From Vicugna vicugna (lineage: Eukaryota), in NCBI GenBank assembly GCA_013265495.1, contig MU057703.1, positions 172,498 through 198,949 of the forward strand: a DNA stretch of 26,452 nt. The letters run 5' to 3'. Every line of letters starts with the position of its first letter. Within the stretch, counting starts at the first letter, position 1. The translations under genes and the position numbers were made by a program. The notes under the pieces were generated by a model. It ran no database searches. It was given only the letters and a program-made list of their open reading frames with translations, and was not told the DNA's origin. Positions 21,386 through 26,452 of the stretch are shown one piece after another.

Positions 21386-22310
21386 ATTATAAAGATCAAG
21401 TTCATTAAGTAAAATAGGTCAAATTAATTCAACATATCCTTCAAAAAGTCTATTAAATACTCAATTTCCCATCTATTTGTTTTGAATTATTTTAATTTCT
21501 TCTGTGTATTACTTCTCATTTTTAAAAATGAATAAGAATTTAACCCTCCTCACTTTTTCACCTGCCACTTACAAAAATTCTACCAAAGAAATTTATAATT
21601 TAAAAGCTAGTTTTCTTGTGTCATATGGATGTGTAGATACACCTAAGTGTATAATTAGTTATGGAGCCAGGACATATACAGCAAGCCTTAAGAGATTTAT
21701 TTTTTATCAAGCTTTCCAATGTCTTAAATATCAACGGCCAGGGATTGGACCTTAATTATAATTACATCCTCCAAGAAGTTTGCTTTCACTTAAGACATTC
21801 TTTTTGTTTTTTTAAGACGTTCTTCGTAATGTGTATTAGAGTCAAGCCATGAAAGTTAAATTTTCCTTTATTAACTGTGAAGCAGTTAAGAAATACTTTG
21901 GGATCTAATATAGAAATTCTCAAGGTTAAATGAAACTGGTAGCAGAATTGAAATCTCTTTTTAAAAGAAAAAATTGATTATAAAAAGTACCATTTCCACT
22001 GATATAAAAATACAGGCACAAAGTACAACAGGATGCATATGACTGGATTAAGAAAGATTTTCATAGACAAGCACAGTTCAGTGCAGTCTAGCTCTTGTTT
22101 CTCCCCCTCCATTGTTATGAGGACTCATTTTAGCTGGAAATCTGAATCTTCCCAAAATCACTGTAGTTCTTGGAGCAAATATAAGAAATTTGAGGTTAAA
22201 TTTAATCTGGATCCTTAAGATCTTGTAGTGGGAAGCTACAATATGGTTCTAGGATGTCCAACATATAAAATAAAATTTGAAATTGTTTCTCATAATTGTC
22301 TTTGTCTCAG

Positions 22311-22389
22311 CTTTTTATAGAGTGTATTTTTTTTTTTGAGGAGAAACCAAGTCTCATTTTAAAATTCATCTCAAAATGCCATTAATGAA
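22311..22389 (+). pseudogene. Candidate relic exon (79 nt, phase 1>2): (A)FYRVYFFF*GETKSHFKIHLKMPLM(K)
   Basis: Acceptor ttgtctttgtctcag, donor GAA|gtaaga; TGA at 22337 at the end of a T11 run. Confidence 0.5.
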
Positions 22390-23688
22390 GTAAGAAGGAC
22401 TTTAAGGAAAGGTCAAAGCACTCTATTCAAGCCTCTTGTTTTGGATAGAGGTTCAGGGCTCATTGAGTAAGAAGATATGATGTCTTTCCTAGAATGACTG
22501 ATCTCACCAAAGGGTAGACTTTCTCTTTTAAAGAATTTTGTGCAAGGCTGACAGAAGTCTCTTTTCTTTATGAAGTGGCATGACTAATGAATCAGGCTTT
22601 GTCTTACACTAGACAGCAATCACATGCTCACTAGTAAGATCACCTGTTAGCAAGAACTGCCTCATCTATAAGCAGCTAAAGGTGGAAACCAAGGACATGA
22701 AAAAAAAATTGAATGCAAAACAAACTTAAGGTCTTGAAATGGAAGTGCTCTCCACACAAGGAATGCTAATCTTGGGATGTAAGCGATGACTGTCTTAGGT
22801 CGCTCAAGCCATCTTTGAGTAGATGAGTAAAGTGCTAGGAACAGGCGAATCCACAGCCACATCTGCGACAAAAGGTCTCACATGAGACAAGAGGGATGAA
22901 GTCAGATGTGGGGAGATTTTGTGTAAGCCACTGGAAGACTCACTAACACTGCCCTCTCACACTTGGGTCTCTGTCTTTGGGCAACTGTCTTGATCGTTCA
23001 AAACAGAAAATTGAAATCTCAGTTCAGGCTGGGCATTAAATATGGGCCCAATCTTATGCTGAGTGTGTGTCAGAGCTCCCTGGGTAAACCTTTCTCTCCT
23101 TTCCTAAGGGTTCCATTAGAGACTAGTCTTTCCCCTTCATGTATTAGGCACAACTTAAATGTAGTATGAATTCTGTTATTTTACTATCTTATGTGGGGTA
23201 AGGGGAGAGTTGGCCATTGTTATTTCTGCCTTTCATAAAATTTGTCATCAAAGTGAAGTACTGGAACAAGAGTAGCCAAAAGCAATATCATGAGGTGAAT
23301 AAAGCATCATAAAAGGCCATAAAGTTAATTATCTCTGTGTGTACACTGTCTTCTTAGTTGTGCTCTATTACAGCCAAAGTGGATCCTTATTGATTTATTT
23401 AATGTCTGCTTATATTTTGGTTCCTGCATCTGATTTCACATCTCTTAAGAGAAAAGAATAGCTTGCCCTTAGAGCAGTGATGTCAGTGATCAAAGTGACT
23501 GATAGTTAGAAACCGAGAGCTCCCTTTCCTGTTCTCTTCCTTCTGCTATTTTTCATTAGTCATCTTGGGAGATTACATTTTCCTTAGACTACTAATTGGA
23601 TATAATTTTGCATTGTTGCTTAAGAAATTATTAGTCCTTAAAGTTAAATTTTGTGACAGATCAACATTTCAACTGATTTACTTTCCAG

Positions 23689-23731
23689 ATCTGCTGTAAT
23701 AGACAAAATGTGTCTCATTCTTGAGGAAGAG
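23689..23731 (+). pseudogene. Candidate relic exon (43 nt, phase 2>0): SAVIDKMCLILEEE
   Basis: Acceptor ctgatttactttccag, donor GAG|gtctgt; open frame. Confidence 0.45.
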
Positions 23732-23984
23732 GTCTGTAATTCTCCTGTGTGAAAATACTGAGTCATGAAAGTATGTCTGGAAAAGATTTTTGTCCTCAGC
23801 CCATCACATGGTTTCCCCCTTAATTAAAAGAAGGAGGGATTCTAAATGTCAACTCTGTTTTCAGTTGACCAGAGGAAAGCCCGTAACAGCCTCCTCTATC
23901 TTGTCAAATCCAGGGAACATTCCTCAGCCCTCTTCTGATTTTGCTCTCTGCAGATCTCCACACTCTTTTTTTTTTTTTTCCCAG

Positions 23985-24024
23985 AAAATAAATTCTAGTC
24001 TACTGTTCGATATCCATAAATGGG
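23985..24024 (+). pseudogene. Candidate relic exon (40 nt): KINSSLLFDIHKW(G); 1 nt short of the phase needed for the next exon
   Basis: Strong acceptor T14-cccag; GC-type donor GGG|gcaagt. Confidence 0.4.
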
Positions 24025-24418
24025 GCAAGTTTAGCAGTGTTATTAGTTTTATTTATAGTTTATAGTTATGTAGTCTTATTTAAAATGCTAATTTTAGTAC
24101 AATTCAAGAACGCTGAATAAGATGGTATTATATATATATGATGAATTTGATATAATTCACCAATAAGCTTTGCAAACAGTAAAAATTCATTTAGGTTATA
24201 AGTCAAATTTCTTTAGCTGAAAAGTATTTTCCAAGTTTTAAAATGTATTTTACAAATATTCCAAAATATTACTGTAGGGATCAAAGCAATAAATAAAGAC
24301 TTCTAGAAGATTAAAACATTACTGATTTTTGGAGAAAATGTTAAAAATCATTGCTAAAAGTAAAAACATCTTTATCTTCAAGCTAACTAACTGTAACTTC
24401 ATAATTATTGATTTGTAG

Positions 24419-24466
24419 ATTTCTGCTTTGGGTGGTTTCTGAAGCTAATTTCAGAACAGCCTTAAG
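24419..24466 (+). pseudogene. Candidate relic exon (48 nt, phase 2>2): FLLWVVSEANFRTAL
   Basis: Acceptor tgatttgtag with ctaac branch-like motifs upstream, strong donor AAG|gtaagc; the only open frame. Confidence 0.55.
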
Positions 24467-24886
24467 GTAAGCTGTTTGCTTGGGGGGTGTGTATATGTTT
24501 ATGTGTGTATTTTAGTTTTAAAGAATGAACATATATGGTAAAACTGTGTGTAGTAGAATATTCAAATATATTTATAGCTGCTGAGCATTGAGAACTTTTC
24601 AAATTCATGATAAACACTCAATGTTATTGGTTCTATTTTATCTTTCTGTGAATTTCTCAATTTCAAAAATATCAAAGCATATAATAAATTGTTTGATGAC
24701 TACTTATTAAATGTCTTCTCAGTACCCGTTCGGAAAATACTCATATAAGTAGATTGCTGTGCAAATACCTAGAACAATTAAAGAGCAATTATTACTGAAG
24801 ACTGTAGGGCTCAATATTGCTGAGTTAATAGAGGTTGGGATGAGTTATCAAATACAGGCTGGAGTAATGGGGACATGTCATGGAAT

Positions 24887-24947
24887 TTAATAATAATAAT
24901 ATAATAATAATAACAACAACAACAACAAATAACAACAGCAATAATAA
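24887..24947. repeat. (TAA)n(CAA)n compound microsatellite at the MIR tail
   Basis: Read directly. Confidence 0.85.
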
Positions 24948-25160
24948 CCCTATTTACTTAACATAGGCACTCTACTGCAACACTTCCTATGCTTTATCTC
25001 ATTACAGTTCTCACAATTTTACAAAGAAAAAGTATGATTCTTATTACTATTACTAATTTCATTTTACGATGAGAAAGCTGAGGTTAGTTAAAGTGATATC
25101 ACTGGTCAGTGGCATAGTTACCAGCTGAGCCTTAGTTAACACGCAAGTTTTGGTTTCCTA
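24940..25160 (-). mobile_element. MIR SINE
   Basis: tatctcatta...tctcacaa...cattttacgatgagaaagctgagg...ttaaagtga. Confidence 0.75.
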
Positions 25161-25514
25161 TCACTATGTAAACTACCTGGAAAAGATGAATTGAGCTGAA
25201 TTTGGCAAATTTGGGATTGGGGAGACCATGAGAAGGAAATATTTTGTGGTGTGAAGACCACTAACAAAAGCGTGTAAGATGCTATAGATACGCACTGTGC
25301 TAGACTGACAAGTTGGAAGGAAGGGCATTTGAGGAAAATGTAATTAAAAGTTGTATAGCCGGAGCAGACCGAGATTATGGCATTTTTTGGTGGATAATAT
25401 TAAGTGATTGCTCCAGTTTCATCTCCAATGTCCTCTACCTGGTTTATTACCATTGTAGTTGAGTTTAAAAATCCACAATCTGGTCAGAGGGATCAGTTAA
25501 AAAATAACAATAAA

Positions 25515-25640
25515 ACACTAGAATTAGAAAGGATCTTTGAAAATTATCTAGTCCCAGCAAATCAAGAAACGATGTCCTCATTCTAACAGAGGCAATGGAA
25601 ATAGAGAGGCATGTTATTGCCGGAAGCCATGAAAGCAAAC
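25515..25640 (-). mobile_element. MIR (MIR3/MIRc-like) fragment
   Basis: tagaattagaaaggatctttgaaaattatctagtcc...cctcattctaacagagg. Confidence 0.6.
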
Positions 25641-26452
25641 AAATAGTACAGTTCTTTAGGATAGATTAAAGGGACAAAGGAGAGGAAGAACAGAGAGGGT
25701 TTTAAGTTTATTCCCAGAGCAAAAAAGGAAAAATCTCAAAAATGATAGAAAGGGAACATAACTATTTTGTTATGAGAACAGAATGAGTTTTGTTTCTCTG
25801 TTTTGCATCTGAAATATCCAAGGGGACCCATATTCACATATCTTACAGGACACAGAAAGTCAGATGAAGAAGAAAGGTAAAGATTGGGTCCTAAATCCAT
25901 TCAATGTATTTATTACTTTAGAATGAGTGACTACTATGGAAAGATTAGTGTAAGAATAGAAGGACATGGGGCTGATATTTAAACACCATTTTCAGTTGAA
26001 CATTTTAAAAATAAAACTTGGCTAGGTAAGCTTGAAAAACATATGTGAGAAGATGCAACCTGCAAAATGGTCTTGCCTCCTCTGACTAACTGTAAATTCT
26101 CAGAGGTTTTATTTGCTTGGAATTTGTTTATTTCTTTGTTTGTCAATATAATGTTGATTTTTTAAAAAGTAAGCAATGCAAATTACTTAAAACTGAGCTC
26201 TGGAAAACATGTATTTTAAATGCTGACAATATCATTTATTCCCCTTGAAGCGTTTAAGCATTTTCTTTCATTGGGCATTATCACTATCCTGTTAACAATG
26301 CTTCAGGTAAAAATAACTTAAAATTACTTTTATTTCAGAATCTAAACCCTCATTCATTTATTGTGCAATAAAATATGTGAATTAGATGATAAACAAGGAG
26401 AGAAAGAGAGAAGGGAAACTCAGAATACAAGTTACTTCATTTGAAGTGATGC

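Larger units (their letters stand above)
200..24466 (+). pseudogene. Putative degraded multi-exon gene (unprocessed pseudogene), EF-hand-like (EFCAB3/EFCAB13-like); probably extends beyond both window ends
   Basis: About 20 short AG..GT/GC-bounded segments in repeat-free gaps with phases that chain; joined translation gives EF-hand-like motifs; multiple in-frame stops, frameshifts and two non-AG acceptors. Assembled by eye. Confidence 0.6.

Noticed and set aside
24723..26306. Further exon candidates (from 24723; 26251-26306)
   Set aside because: Weak or missing donor, or no phase-compatible neighbour; cannot be supported from this window.

Overview
AT-rich, CpG-poor mammalian genomic DNA, probably camelid: the 3' end of a young L1 at 8317-8803 looks like camelid/cetartiodactyl L1. 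There is no intact protein-coding gene, RNA gene or prokaryotic element, and the listed ORFs are repeat-derived or chance. Much of the window is old interspersed repeat (L2, MIR, L3/CR1, L1M, HAL1, MLT1A/MLT1K, ERV1-like LTR, MER58A, MER96B, MER20-like). In the repeat-free gaps I find about 20 small + strand exon-like segments (about 200-24466). Most have recognisable splice signals, and their phases chain into one reading frame broken by many stops (about half TGA, consistent with CGA>TGA decay), a few frameshifts and at least two dead acceptors. The reconstructed peptide has two degenerate EF-hand-like modules reminiscent of the EFCAB3/EFCAB13 family. My best interpretation is an intron-containing (unitary or duplicated) pseudogene of an uncharacterised EF-hand gene. 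All exon and repeat calls were made by eye, and family resemblances are from memory, not from searches.
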